In this document: one piece after another, positions 14,953 through 26,741 of the stretch
How the letters are laid out: each line of letters starts with the position of its first letter
Position numbering within the stretch: position 1 is the stretch's first letter
Assembly: GCA_001949185.1 (NCBI GenBank)
Contig: BDGG01000007.1
Location: 1,694,730 to 1,758,729 of the forward strand
Source of the DNA: Ramazzottius varieornatus
Taxonomy: Eukaryota; Animalia; Tardigrada
Length of the DNA stretch: 64,000 bases
Reading direction: 5' to 3'
Program-made: the position numbers and the translations under genes
Notes under the pieces: generated by a model
Database searches by the model: none
What the model was told of the DNA's origin: nothing
The model's input: only the letters and a program-made list of their open reading frames with translations

Positions 14953-16299
14953 TTAGTTGTCATCGAACATGGCGCGTCTGCCGCCACGATGCTTGCGCTT
15001 CATTTCGTCGAGGATGCGCGTCACCTTCTTGCACATGCAGTCTTTGCCTTTGCCACGGCGGCCTCGTCCGCCGCGACCTCGATCCATCGAGTCCTCTTGT
15101 GGGCCGACTTGCTCGTCACCATCCTGCTCCTCACTGCTGCTGCCACCTTCGGGGCCCTTCCACTCCTTCTTTTCGTCCGGACTGCCTTCGTCGTCATCGT
15201 CATCGTCGTTCTCCATCGGCCACCGCTGCTCGCCTAAATGGCCGAACCCGCCATGGTGCCCTTCGTCGCTTCTTCGTCCATGCATGCGGGGACCCAGCAG
15301 GTCACGGTCCATGTCGAAACGGGGCTGCCACTTGGGGCGCCAGTTGAAGTCCTCAGGTTTGATTTTCTCATCAGAATCCGCATTCTTATCCTCTCCTTGA
15401 TTTTTGAAGAAAAGGTAAGCAGGAGCAACGTTGTTGTTGTCGTCATCTTGCTGATCAACAGTCGCTTGGTTGCCTTGCAGATAGTTCATCCAGCTGAAAG
15501 GTCCACCATGGCCCCACGGATGCATCCAGCGCCCAAAGTGTGGCCACTGTCCGTAACCGTACGATGGCTGACTGTTAAAAGTAGCCGGTAGACTGTCGTC
15601 TTGGGTCTGCATCGGCATCGGCATGAGAGAGTTTGAGGCAGTGAAGAAGGGCTGTTGTTGTTGGTTCATGCCGAATGAAGTGGCGAAAGGACTAGGGGGT
15701 TGCATGGTTTGACTGAGCGAAGAGGCAAAGGGCATGGCGAAGGGGGAAGATGACTGGGCGAAGCTGCCGGGCTGTTGTTGGGTGGCCGTGAAGGTGGGGA
15801 AAGGGTTGGCTGGGTTGAGTTGGTTGGCGGCTTGGTTACCGCTGTCCACTCCGTAGACAATGTTGAAGGCTTGGGCTGCTGCCGGAGGTTGGTCAGGAGT
15901 GTCGGTATTGCTATCGGAAGAACCAGAGTCTATGATGAGAGCCACAGGAGACCAGAGGCTGGAGTCGCCGGAAGTAGTATCCGAGCTGACTAGAGAGTTG
16001 TCGACCGTGTCGGGAAATGAACGAGGGCGAGGATCAAAAGGTGATCGGTCATGAGCCAAGTCTTTAGCTAGCCGGATTAATTTCAGCAGGAGCTGGGACA
16101 GGTCGATGGGCACATCGGAGCTGTTGGAGGAGGAAGCGGTGGCGGCGTTGTTGTTGTTGTTGTTGAGGGAGACAACATTATCGGTGTTGGAGCTGATACC
16201 GATGGGTGAGATGGAAGGCTGCATGTTGAAGGTGTTTGGCATGATTTGGCCGTGTACCAAGGGTACTAGGCAGACTATCAGCCACAGGGCTGACGCCAT
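14953..16299 (-). CDS. Single-exon secreted low-complexity / intrinsically disordered protein of unknown function (448 aa)
   Basis: Long ATG-initiated ORF with a clear signal peptide (MASALWLIVCLVPLVHG), then N/S-, Q/P/F-, W/G/H-, D/E- and R/G/K-rich blocks. No family recognised. Confidence 0.8.
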   Translation of the reverse strand: MASALWLIVCLVPLVHGQIMPNTFNMQPSISPIGISSNTDNVVSLNNNNNNAATASSSNSSDVPIDLSQLLLKLIRLAKDLAHDRSPFDPRPRSFPDTVDNSLVSSDTTSGDSSLWSPVALIIDSGSSDSNTDTPDQPPAAAQAFNIVYGVDSGNQAANQLNPANPFPTFTATQQQPGSFAQSSSPFAMPFASSLSQTMQPPSPFATSFGMNQQQQPFFTASNSLMPMPMQTQDDSLPATFNSQPSYGYGQWPHFGRWMHPWGHGGPFSWMNYLQGNQATVDQQDDDNNNVAPAYLFFKNQGEDKNADSDEKIKPEDFNWRPKWQPRFDMDRDLLGPRMHGRRSDEGHHGGFGHLGEQRWPMENDDDDDDEGSPDEKKEWKGPEGGSSSEEQDGDEQVGPQEDSMDRGRGGRGRRGKGKDCMCKKVTRILDEMKRKHRGGRRAMFDDN

Positions 16300-16951
16300 C
16301 TTGGAAACTTGCTGTGTAGTTGACGAAGGGGTAAAAGTGAGCTAGGGAACTGCCTCATCTGCGTATAAATGCCGGTCTTATTTATCGTGAATGGCGCTCA
16401 AAAAGAATCATCCGGATGTTTTCTTTTCAGAACCGGTTGCTGTGTGGACTGTGTGGACGTCGCGAAGACGGAGCCTCGAAGCGAGCGACGCCAAGTACGA
16501 GGAAGTTCCCAGCTATGCTTCTCCTCGACTGTGTCTTCACAGGTAAACGAATGAATGAAATGTTGATTCTTCCCGGTTGCCTGCAATTTCTCTGCTGAGC
16601 TTTTCAAAGTAGTATTATATCTCGTCAGCAACCTTTCATTATGTTGCAAAACGTGCCGAAGTCGATATCTGTTTCTTCGTGGTCACGAGCGCGACGGAAC
16701 AAAACACGGCCCTGTGTAGAAAAGCAAACAGTCAGGGAAGCCAGCTTGGCAAAATCGAAAGCCGCCACATCCTCTTTGCCAGGTAGAGAAGAAGGTAAAG
16801 TCAATAACTAGAGACGGATCATTCCGTAGCAGAACACAGATAAAACAGCATTGGCTCAGAACGGTGATGTGACAAATTCTGTCAGCAAACGCAAGACTAT
16901 TCCCCTACCGGTCTCAGTCAACAGAGTCAACAGCGAAAAGTACGGTGTTGG

Positions 16952-19900
16952 CTATTTGAGGGTCACCCTATGTTCTGAATAGACGGGCGCTAGACTCTTT
17001 TTGGACGACGCTTCGCCGGGTCGAATTTTGGCGTTGTGCTTGCCCAAGAGAAGCATCAGTCGACGGGGCATAAAGTATGGCTTTTGATCCGAGCCGTCAT
17101 TTCTCTCGACATCTTCCACTGCAAAATCCAAACTTTAGAACGCAAACAGGGAACATTGAAACCACGAAAGTGGGATGAGGGAGAAAGACTTACGGAAGCA
17201 GATGAAGAGTGTGTCGATAGCCATCTCGTAGACCGAAAAGAAAGCTGAAGCGATGACGTAGGAACCCATTATGATTGTCTGCAAAATAAAATATGTTGGT
17301 TTTGCCTCTTACTTCAATAAGGCATTGAACATGTTTTTCGCGTTGAAGCTAAGAGCAAGTTTTACCACAGTCGGGACCCAAATGTAGTTGAGAAGCAGGC
17401 CGGTATTATCTGTCCCGCTCGCGAAGAAAAAGTAGGCCGCCACTCCTAGCATTTGAAGAAACTTCTGAACTGGGCTTGCAATTATCAGAAGCGTTAGTCT
17501 GTTCAAATGATGAGCGTTTTCTCAAACGCCAGCGTACCCATGATGCCGACAACCACCAGTTTGCCCATGAAGAGTAGGAAAGCCGTCACATTGTCCAGTG
17601 CTGCCACCCTGCAAGCAGTGAAAAAGCAAAGTTTGGTACCTGGACAAGGACGTCGTTTTAGTGTTCCATACCTCAAAATATTTCGGGTCAGAAGGTTGAA
17701 GGCTTTTCTAGCTGAGTCGCAAAAGTTTTTTCCGTATATCGCAATCTGTCGGAGACTTGATTATTAATATCATACGTTCTGAATAACAGTCATGTTTTAA
17801 CTGCAGGATGGGCCAGGATGTTACCAAGATGTACGCGTTGCGGTTAATGTACCGAAGGAACCGTTCCAGGCACCAACAACAGCACGCAAAGCACCTACAA
17901 GGAATGTTTGGTCCTCTCGACTGGCAACAAGGTAGGTAAGGTTGTTATACACTTCAGTTCTGCAGCCACCACCATTCACCTTGGACGTACTTTAACAAAT
18001 ATCTGACGGGAGGGTTGTCAAATTTCCTCAGTTTCTTGTCGACATTGGAGATGACATAACGAATCACCCGAATAATGGCGATAATCAGGGAACCAAAAGC
18101 GATGGAACCGAGATGGAATCTGTTAAATAATGAGTTATCAAACGGGGTGCTTTCCACAAATTATTGAATTGTCAAACAGAAAGTACGTGAACTGCTCAGA
18201 CCAACCTACAAGTTCGTCTGAGCGATTTTGCCAGTGGCAAAGTGGGAAGATTGTGAACTTTGTCCCAGGTCCAGTACCAGGAAGCAAAGGCTCCAGCTAG
18301 GGTCATTTCTCCCAGTGCCAGCACGAAGAAGATGCCCCAAAACACACCAACAAGATTGAAGACCTTGTAGTAGATCAGCTCATTCGCCGTGGAGTACGAC
18401 TTGAACTGGCAGGCCGCATCAGCGGCTGTGTCGTCAAAAACCTGAAAACATTCCAGTTATCTCTTGAAGCTAAAAAGGCAGTAGGTAAAAATCTCAGCAC
18501 ATTTTTACGTTGGGATCGCAGCTGTCGTTGTTGCGCTGACCAACTGTGGTGTTATCTGTAGAGTTGTAGACAACGCCCGTGACAGTACCGCATGATTGCA
18601 GATACATGGCTGTAAAAATGCCCCAGGCCAGGATAGCGCACTGCATGACAAAGGGGAAGATGGGGAAGAAGAGGGTCGATAGGGTATCTCCAACTGCTCT
18701 GCCAAAAATCATGAAGGTATTCATCCGCATTCAGTGCAAAACAAGAAGGTCAACGACTGACCGCGAGCCCTCTTCCAGTAAAGCGATAGCCAGCTGAATC
18801 CTGCTCCTCAAGGATAAGACGACGAGCAGAAGCACAGCCAGGAGGATAGCCAGTATGATACCAAAAGCCAGCCAAGTGTCCGGTTGCGCCATGTAACTCG
18901 ACAAGTCCAGGGTCAAGCGAAACTGTGCCGACGTGCCCAGCGAGGCCTGCGCATCTTTCATCCCCGTGTACCGTTCAATGCAGATATAGCATCCTAATAC
19001 GTGGCATGAGTAATTTCGCTCGGCGACATAATCATCCAGAAAATCTTACCATAGGACAACAAGCCGATGACGCCCAATATGGCGACCCAGACGGCGACAC
19101 CAGAAATGTAGCGCATAACGATAATCCATAGGAAGGCCAGGATCATGGCGCCAACGAAGCCTCTGAAAACAGGTTCATTACGAAATATATTGGCATGTTC
19201 ATTCCGATGCCAACGGATAGGCCGATAAGGTGACGTGGACCTACATGGTAATTGCCCACCAAGAAGCTCGGTAATCTCTGGCTACGTTCTCTAACGCAAG
19301 CTCGGTTTTCATCAATGTCATAAGCCAATAAGATCCGCTGACGATATCGGTGGTGCTTGGTAGACCTGGTGCGCCACCGGAAGTGACATTGATAGTGTCA
19401 GTGGCGTTTTGCGTCTGGTTCAGGCCATCGTCATCGGTATGATTGTGGGCGATGCCGGGTATACAGCGACCATTGACTTCACCGCTGTCCAAATAGTAGG
19501 ATGTACACTTTTGGGCCGCCACGTAGCTCGTCAGAACCTGCGGGAAACCTTAGGGATAAACCTCGTAACAGGGTTCCACTTCAGGGGTTTGTGAAAAAGA
19601 GTACAACCAACTTGATAAGTCATAGCTTGTGAAAGATCGACGTCATCTTGACAAATCAGCTGCTTCTTGTCATCGTCGCTTAACAGGCTTTTGTAACTTA
19701 GTTGCAGGTACGAAAAGGAGGTGTTGGGGCAGTTAGAGACGCAGATGGACGGGGTGGGACAGCCGCTGACTAAGACGCTGGGACCCAAGCACATCGTCAA
19801 GTCAAAGTAGAACAAGTATGGGCGCTGACTGCAACGACCATAATATTACGTCAACAGGTCAGATATTTCCAGGCTAAAATAAAGTGAAAAGCGTTGGACT

Positions 19901-20507
19901 TACACCATGTTACCTTTACCGCATATTTCCCCGTGAGAATTTGTGGGTCGAAGTATCCTTTCGAGATCTCCATTTGTAAAAGCTAGCATCAAACACTATC
20001 ACACTAAGGGGGGCTACCACACCATAATCATTTGTTGAAGCATTGAGTACCGTAAACTCCAACGAAGGCCCAGAAAGCCAAGAAGGCCACGAAGAGCAGC
20101 AAGCAAACGACATCAGTGCAGGTCCTGCAGGACAAGTGGGCGTTGAGCTAAGGACACGAGGTAACTAATACAGGCAGGGCATACCGTGTCGAACTCTTCA
20201 TTGGCCCATTGAAGTCGACGTCAGGTACCGCAAACGATCGCCTTTCTAAGGAAGAACATACAGTGAAAATACTCTTTGTGTATTTCAAAAGTTTTCAGCA
20301 CGAGAAAAGATTTCTTCAAGGTCCAGTGAATTACCTACTGTTGGGAGAAGCAGGATCGTTCTCAAAGATTTTCGATCTGACCAAAATGGGGACGGTCTTT
20401 TGCTGGTTCAAAAGTGGGGTATCCGCAGGCCGTGGTTCAGCTTCACTTCCGTCGAGAAATTCTCGCCTTTGTCCTGATGGCGTGCCGGATTTGGTATCGT
20501 CCGCCAT
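16952..20507 (-). CDS. Choline transporter-like protein (SLC44A/CTL family), paralog 1, many short exons
   Basis: [125 protein letters not shown] at 20505-20507, stop TAG at 16952-16954. Confidence 0.9.
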
Positions 20508-20908
20508 CTTCCAAAAACAGCGTGACACACAATGACTCAAATATTCAGGTATCAGTGATATTATCAAGCTGCTGGAGAATTTTAGTTAGCTCATGATTGG
20601 CTTCGAGCACACCAGGAAACTTGCTGTTTGGCTATCTAGGAAAGATGAGGTTAATGTAAGCGAGAGCATCCTTGGAACTTAAAGCTTGCGGATGAGACGT
20701 TCCACTTGGCAACACAGAGCAGGTCTGCGAACCGAAAGCCGCAGACCGTCGTGTTTGCGGCTTTTTGACATTCTGTGTCGTAGTATTTCCTTCCAGTTTC
20801 TTCTTGTTCTGTCTGGATTTGTAATAGTTCAACAGTCTTTAACTTGTACTAGTGCTGCTCATTTGATCTTTCGCCGTCCGCACCTACTAGCCTTGGCAGG
20901 ACGTGAAT

Positions 20909-21839
20909 ATGAAACGCTCGACGCTGACCATCCTCGCCTTGACTGCGGTCTTTTCGATAGGTAAGCCGGCAGCATTCCAAAGTTTTGGCTTTCGTACTAA
21001 CTTTGTGATGACTTACTTTAACGAGTTTGATTTTTACCGAAAGAGCATCAGTTTATTACGAGTTTAAGTCGTGAACTTGGTCGTACGCAAACAAAGTCGA
21101 TGCATTCGGTTTTCCAAGTGGGGCATGATTTTTGTCATTAACACGGGAAACATAGCGCCACTCAAACCAACGATCTTGTGTGATGTATTTTATGTACGAT
21201 TATTAGATTATTAGACTGTTTGAAGTGAGATTATCGATTTCCGCTGATCCACCTGGAGGATAACTGATGGTTGGTCGGTGGTACTTTTAGGCTCGGTTTA
21301 CGCCCTGAAATGTTGGGAATGCCAGAAGGATAGAGGGGACGCTGGGAGCGCCATTGACAAGAATGTTGGCAAGCCTGTCAGCGACTTTTTCGCCCCCAAA
21401 AAGCGCGCACTAGATGGACAGCAAATCTCTGACGGAGCGGCAAACGCCGGCAACACCGTCGGAAACGTCTTCTCGGGAAGTGTGAGAGAAGGCTGCACGA
21501 TGGAACCCTTTACAGGGAAAGAGATTCCCGAGAAAGAGTGTAGTGTGGGACAGAAAGTTTGTTACAAAGAGATCGTCAAAGGCAACTCAAGTAAGCATTG
21601 TCTTTTGTGACATCTTATGAAGGTGACGGTGTTTCACGATGGTTTTGTTGTCTGCAGTAAAAGTGACGCGCATGTGCGCCACTTGGGTGGGAGAGAAGAA
21701 GTGCAGCAAGTCGACAAACAGCAATAAAGACGAGGTGACGCAGTGTTACTGCGAAGGTGACAAGTGCAACGCGGCGGGCTCCTTGTCCAGCTTTGTTAGC
21801 CTACTGATCCTTTTTTCCTTTACTACAATCATCTTTTAA
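20909..21839 (+). CDS. GPI-anchored Ly6/uPAR (three-finger, sleepless/quiver-like) protein
   Basis: Exons 20909-20960 (signal peptide MKRSTLTILALTAVFSIG), 21291-21590 and 21658-21839. Mature N-terminus LKCWEC, 10 Cys ending CYCEGDKCN, then small residues and a hydrophobic C-terminal tail (GPI signal). Confidence 0.82.
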
Positions 21840-22553
21840 CGCCTGCTCATCCACGCAAACTTTAATTAAGGTTTTAAAACGGCCTGACATTACATGTACC
21901 AGTACAGCTCTTCCCATGAGAGCTTTCCTTTGTATTGGTTAGTCCGCGCTGGCGAACCCTGGTCATGGACACTTGTCCCCTGTTCGACAGCGCTACCTGA
22001 TCGATCCACCCATGCACCCACCCACCAACTCTTACAGGAATTTTACTGTGTTGAAGTGACATTTAGCGCTACCGAGGCTCTCTTACAGTCAACTCTTTTA
22101 TGGCACCATAAAGTCTAGTCGAAACCTCCCGCTGGCATTTGCAAGGACGATGCCAAACCCAAGGACCGATATTGAATATTGAGAACGGCCTCGTTTCGAT
22201 GCTGCTTTATGCCCTGTTGATGTTGGTTATGCTTCATTTTCGATAGTGAAAGAGCGATAGCATGTCCACGTCCCAGGAGGGATCAGTTATGGATTTCCAG
22301 AATGTGATCCGCAAGCTTGATGGGAGAACATCTTTCGATAGTGTGATACCGGGGTGACTTTCAGTTGCTCATACGAGTGGGATCCTTTAGGCCGAAGGTT
22401 TTGAAGATGTTTGCCTTGTTGATGTTTGCAGAGGATGTTGGTGAACACCTGCCGTTAATCACACTCATCCCACGATTAATCCATGTGTGAGAGTGAAGGC
22501 TAAAAGATAGCTGGGTCGAAATTGATTTGTCGGGGGGTCTTGGAGTCTTAATC

Positions 22554-23841
22554 ATGAACGACAGCGTGGACAACGAGACGGAAGTCTACAAGTGGGCTTT
22601 CGGACCGACTATCAGCGGTCTGCTCATTGCCGACACTACCCTGTCCGTTTCCTTTTCCGTCCTAGTCAACTCCATCATCATCATAGCCGTCATAACAGAC
22701 TCCAAACTTCACCACAATAAATTTTGGTATGGTCTGAGTTTGGCTGTGGCAGATCTGATTGGGACGTTGAATCTGGGCTTTGGCTGTTATAACATCTTGT
22801 ACGATGGTTGGCCTGTTCAGAACCGTCCTTTATGCAAATTTTGGAGCTGCATTGATTTCACCAGTGGGCTGATTGCCAGCTTGACCATCGCCTTGATCTC
22901 TTTCGACCAGTACAAGCTGGTGCGTTACCCCGATATTTATGAACAAGAGGAAACTGGCCGAAGGGTGGCTGGACGAATTATCTCCGTGTGGATTTTCGCC
23001 ATCTTGTTCTATTTTCCACCCGTCATCTTTTGGGACATGGTAGTGGGCTATTCGGTGGTGGCCATTGATCAGTGTGATCCGGAATTCAAGGAAGTTTTCT
23101 GGGCGACGGTCTTCCAATCCGTCGTCGAGTTCTTCATCCCTTTCACCGTTATCCTGGTCTATAATTACAAGTTGATCAAATTCATAAGAGGGCAACTGTC
23201 CAAAGTCCATTATTTGAAACAAGAACTGAAGAAAGTTCCGCGGGAAAGTACCATCTTCACAAGTGAGTGGGTGGTCGGCAGGCTTCCTCCAGTTCATCTA
23301 GCAGGGCCCAATTCCGAACTCCGAAGATATTTGACAACGTATCTCTACTCGTAACTGAAGCCTTTCTTTATTGTGGTTGTAGTGAACTCGGCGGAACATG
23401 AGAAGATTGAAGCGCGCATATTCGAGCGGGAGCGGATAAAGGAGGAAATTCGCTCCATTGATGTGGGACGGAAGAACGCCAGGAGCCTCATTATCCTGGT
23501 TCTTCTCTTCTTCTGCGTCTGGTTCCCCTGGGAAGTTATCGGCAACCTGGTGGAACCCATTTGTAAATGCACCCCCGATGACCTCTATCAGGCCGTTTAC
23601 TGGCTCAACTACCACCTCGTCGTAAGTGATAAAGTGTCGCTCCATCATGTCCTTTCTCAAAGCATTCGCTGCTCTTTCGTTTCAGGTGGTCAACGCAATC
23701 GTCTACGGACTGACTGTCCAACGTGTTCGCTACCACATCAAGCGTCTTTTCGTCGGTTGCGCCTCGACCTTTTTCCGGAAAACTTCCCATAGACCCAAAG
23801 AAGCCTCCAAGTCCACCGTTACTCCTAGTCGCGAGCAGTGA
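22554..23841 (+). CDS. Class A (rhodopsin-like) GPCR, aminergic/histamine-muscarinic-like, atypical motifs
   Basis: Exons 22554-23262, 23383-23621, 23686-23841. Seven hydrophobic segments, N-glycosylation sites NDS/NET, TM2 SLAVADL, ECL1 GWP..LCKFW, TM3 IDF and SFDQY, TM5 EFFIPF, TM6 CVWFPW, TM7 YWLNY..VNAIVY. Confidence 0.85.
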
Positions 23842-24696
23842 AATGGAGCGCCGTCGTTGGCTTTATTCCCCGTAATCCAATCAGGAAATCGCAAGCCTCA
23901 TTTTATCATCTGAATTAGTTACTATGATCTTGTGCGAGATGGATTTACAAATGCAGCATCTCTCAATGGATGCTGTTTGTTGCAGGAGCTGGTCTTGACA
24001 CTTCTGCCTCACTTCCGGTTGGTGGAAGGTCACATCACGCATACACTTGCGATCTCATTTGCATCTCTTTCCGGTTAACGGAGCGATAGCAACATTACCC
24101 GGGCCCTCACGAAGCCCCAGTGCGCCATTTCGAACACCACACTGTCGATGTGGTGTTTGAAGTCGGCAGAGAGTCATGTGCCTTGCGTGCCCTTCCTCGA
24201 TCAGCTGGTAAAGCTAGAGTATACTTGGCTTCATTGCCATTGATGTTTGAGCGCTCTTTCCTTTCGGGCTAGTATAATTAGATTCACCACTTGAGCAGCC
24301 AGCAGTCAGCAGCTCTTCACTTCATTTTTAGAAACAGTGGGGCTGTTGTACAACACCGTTATGTCGAAGTTGGACGCAGGCGGCTGATCAATGTGATCAT
24401 GAACCAGCCAACTTAGCAGCGCTAGCCAGCTCAAGCGGAAAGAACTCGAGACGCTCGAGTGCGAATAGGCCTGAAACAATGTGCCAGACATCCGATATGC
24501 TCCTCGGGCCTTCACTCTTGAAAACACTAGTATTTGACGTCAATAAGATTGATTAAAATCCTGGACGGTCATCTTCATATTGCCCTGGGAGATTAAAGCA
24601 GTCTTTGCCGCTGATGAAGGTTGCGAAAGCCAGGTTTCTATTGATTAGTGGTGGCTGACGTCGGCGCGTCAGCTGCTTTGTCCGCTCGATGCAACC

Positions 24697-26280
24697 ATGT
24701 CGCTCAAGGTAAGTCATAAGCCCACTTGTTTACTGAAGCGCCTAGCTCTATTGTTTTTGCCCGTGGTTGTGGACGAGGGCAAATAGTCCGTTGGGGGCTT
24801 TTCACTGTGAACAACACCTGCCATTGTTATTGCAGATAGAATCGCCCTACGATCACATGCTGCATCTGGCCGCACTACAGGGCAACCTGGGCAAGTTGCG
24901 GCTGGTTCTGGACAGCGGTCGCGTCCATATCGACGTCCAAGATGCGGTAGGCAGTTATGGTCATGCTGCTCTTTGTTGTCACTCGGTTGTCATCATGCTC
25001 TTCTGGTAGGATGGAACGACGCCTTTGATGCTGGCGGCGGCCAACAATCACGTGACCTGCCTGCGGGAGCTCTTGGAACACGGCGCTGATATCAACGCTC
25101 AACGACATGTAAGCGCTGACTTCCACTCGACTTCAGATTTGGAAGCAAGAGCTTTCTCTTTATTGAACTGGCAATGCGGAGAAACCTTTTTCTCCCTTGT
25201 TACTATGTATGACGTTTCACATGGCTGGCTGCTAATATGCCTCGTCCTTTTGCAGACTTCCGGCGCCAGTGCACTGTATTATGCGGCCCAAAATGGGCAC
25301 CTTGAAGTGCTAAAGTGGCTGATCAAGCTGGGCGCCGATCTCAACTTGTCCACTCACGTAAGATAATTTCGCTAATTTGTTTGCATGGAGGTTCCCGCTG
25401 TCGAATTCTTATCCAACGGGCTAGAATCCGTGGTCCCATCGTGGGAGGTTTTGACAGCCTGCACAGCAGGTCGATTTGAAGGTCGCCCGACGCCCATGCC
25501 TGTTAGGTTATCGCAATGTCGACTGGAGCGACCCAGCGCCAAAGTTCCAATATTGCGATAAGATTACGCCAGAGATGGTGTTGAAGGAATTTGTCATGGC
25601 TGTTTGTTGTTGTTAGGAGGGAAGTACGGCCTTTGTCGTTGCCTGTCACAGCAATCAGCTGGACGTTGCCCAATATTTGTTTGAAGAGGGCGCTGATGTC
25701 AACATCCGTATTGCCGTAAGTTACGGTATAAAATCATGAACGCGTCCAATGGAGATGCCGCCAGCCTTTCGAATAACTTTTGAAATAACAGGACGGCAGT
25801 ACGGCCCTTTTTCTGGCGGCCCAAGAAGGCCACCTCCATGTTGTCCATTTCCTGCTAAAGATCGGCGCTGACACCAACGTACAACGGAAAGACGGCACTA
25901 GCCCGCTGTGGATGGCCTGTCAGCAAGGCCACAGCGAGGTGGTCAAGCTCTTGCTGGAGCACCAGGCCGACGCCGACTGTCCACGAGCAGACGGCGCCAC
26001 TCCGCTCTTCAAAGCTGCTCAAAAGGGCCACTTGGCCATCTGCCGGATGCTGTTACAACACAGGCCGCGGCTGGGTCTGCTGGACAACGGCATCGCGGTC
26101 CTGCACGCTGCGGTCAGTAAGGGCCGAACCGATGTCTGTTTGTTCTTGTGCCAGAACGGTGCTGATGCCCTTCTCTGTGATAGCCATGGCCAAAACTCTC
26201 TAGATATCGCACTGGCTAATAATGACTTGCTTTTACACACGCTCCTCCAAGAAGTCTCCTCAAAGCCGCGGACAGTTTGA
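24697..26280 (+). CDS. ANKRD29: Ankyrin repeat domain-containing protein 29-like
   Basis: MSLK|IESP..HLAALQGNLGKLRLVLDSGRVHIDVQDA|DGTTPLMLAAANNH..GADINAQR resembles the ANKRD29 N-terminus. Serial ankyrin repeats across ~6 exons, stop at 26278-26280. Confidence 0.82.
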
Positions 26281-26597
26281 AATGAGATTTCCCGCGCTCA
26301 AAGGGTTTTCGTCCATGAAGAGGCCCTTTTCATCACCTAAGAAACAGGCCTCGTAAATTGCTCACCAACATACCCGGAGAAAATAAATGAATGACATTAA
26401 TTATAGGCCATTCCAAACTTACCAAACAAGCCGCTCAAGCTGGTTCATACGTTGTTGATTTATGGGTAAAATCTTTTTGGAAGAAGTGCCCACGTCTCTG
26501 AACAAGGTTGCTTGTTGATGCTATCGATACTTTTGCCAGACATTTCCATCGGCGTATTTTGGGCGCTGCAAAAAGAACAAGAGCTCTTTGACATTAT

Positions 26598-26741
26598 AAG
26601 CGATCGCTAATTTTGGTGGGAGTGGATGGCTGCCGAGCTGAAGGTTGGGAAACGTGGCAAACGCATCCAAAGCGATCGCTAATTTTGGTGGGAGTGGATG
26701 GCTGCCGAGCTGAAGGTTGGGAAACGTGGCAAACGCATCCA
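26598..26741. repeat. Exact 72-bp tandem duplication (2 copies)
   Basis: AAGCGATCGCTAATTTTGGTGGGAGTGGATGGCTGCCGAGCTGAAGGTTGGGAAACGTGGCAAACGCATCCA at 26598-26669 and 26670-26741. Confidence 0.95.

Noticed and set aside
14818-16345. Several plus-strand ORFs overlapping the 448-aa gene, and antisense ORFs over the LEA and Gly-rich genes
   Set aside because: Shadow ORFs caused by codon bias and low complexity; no independent coding signal.
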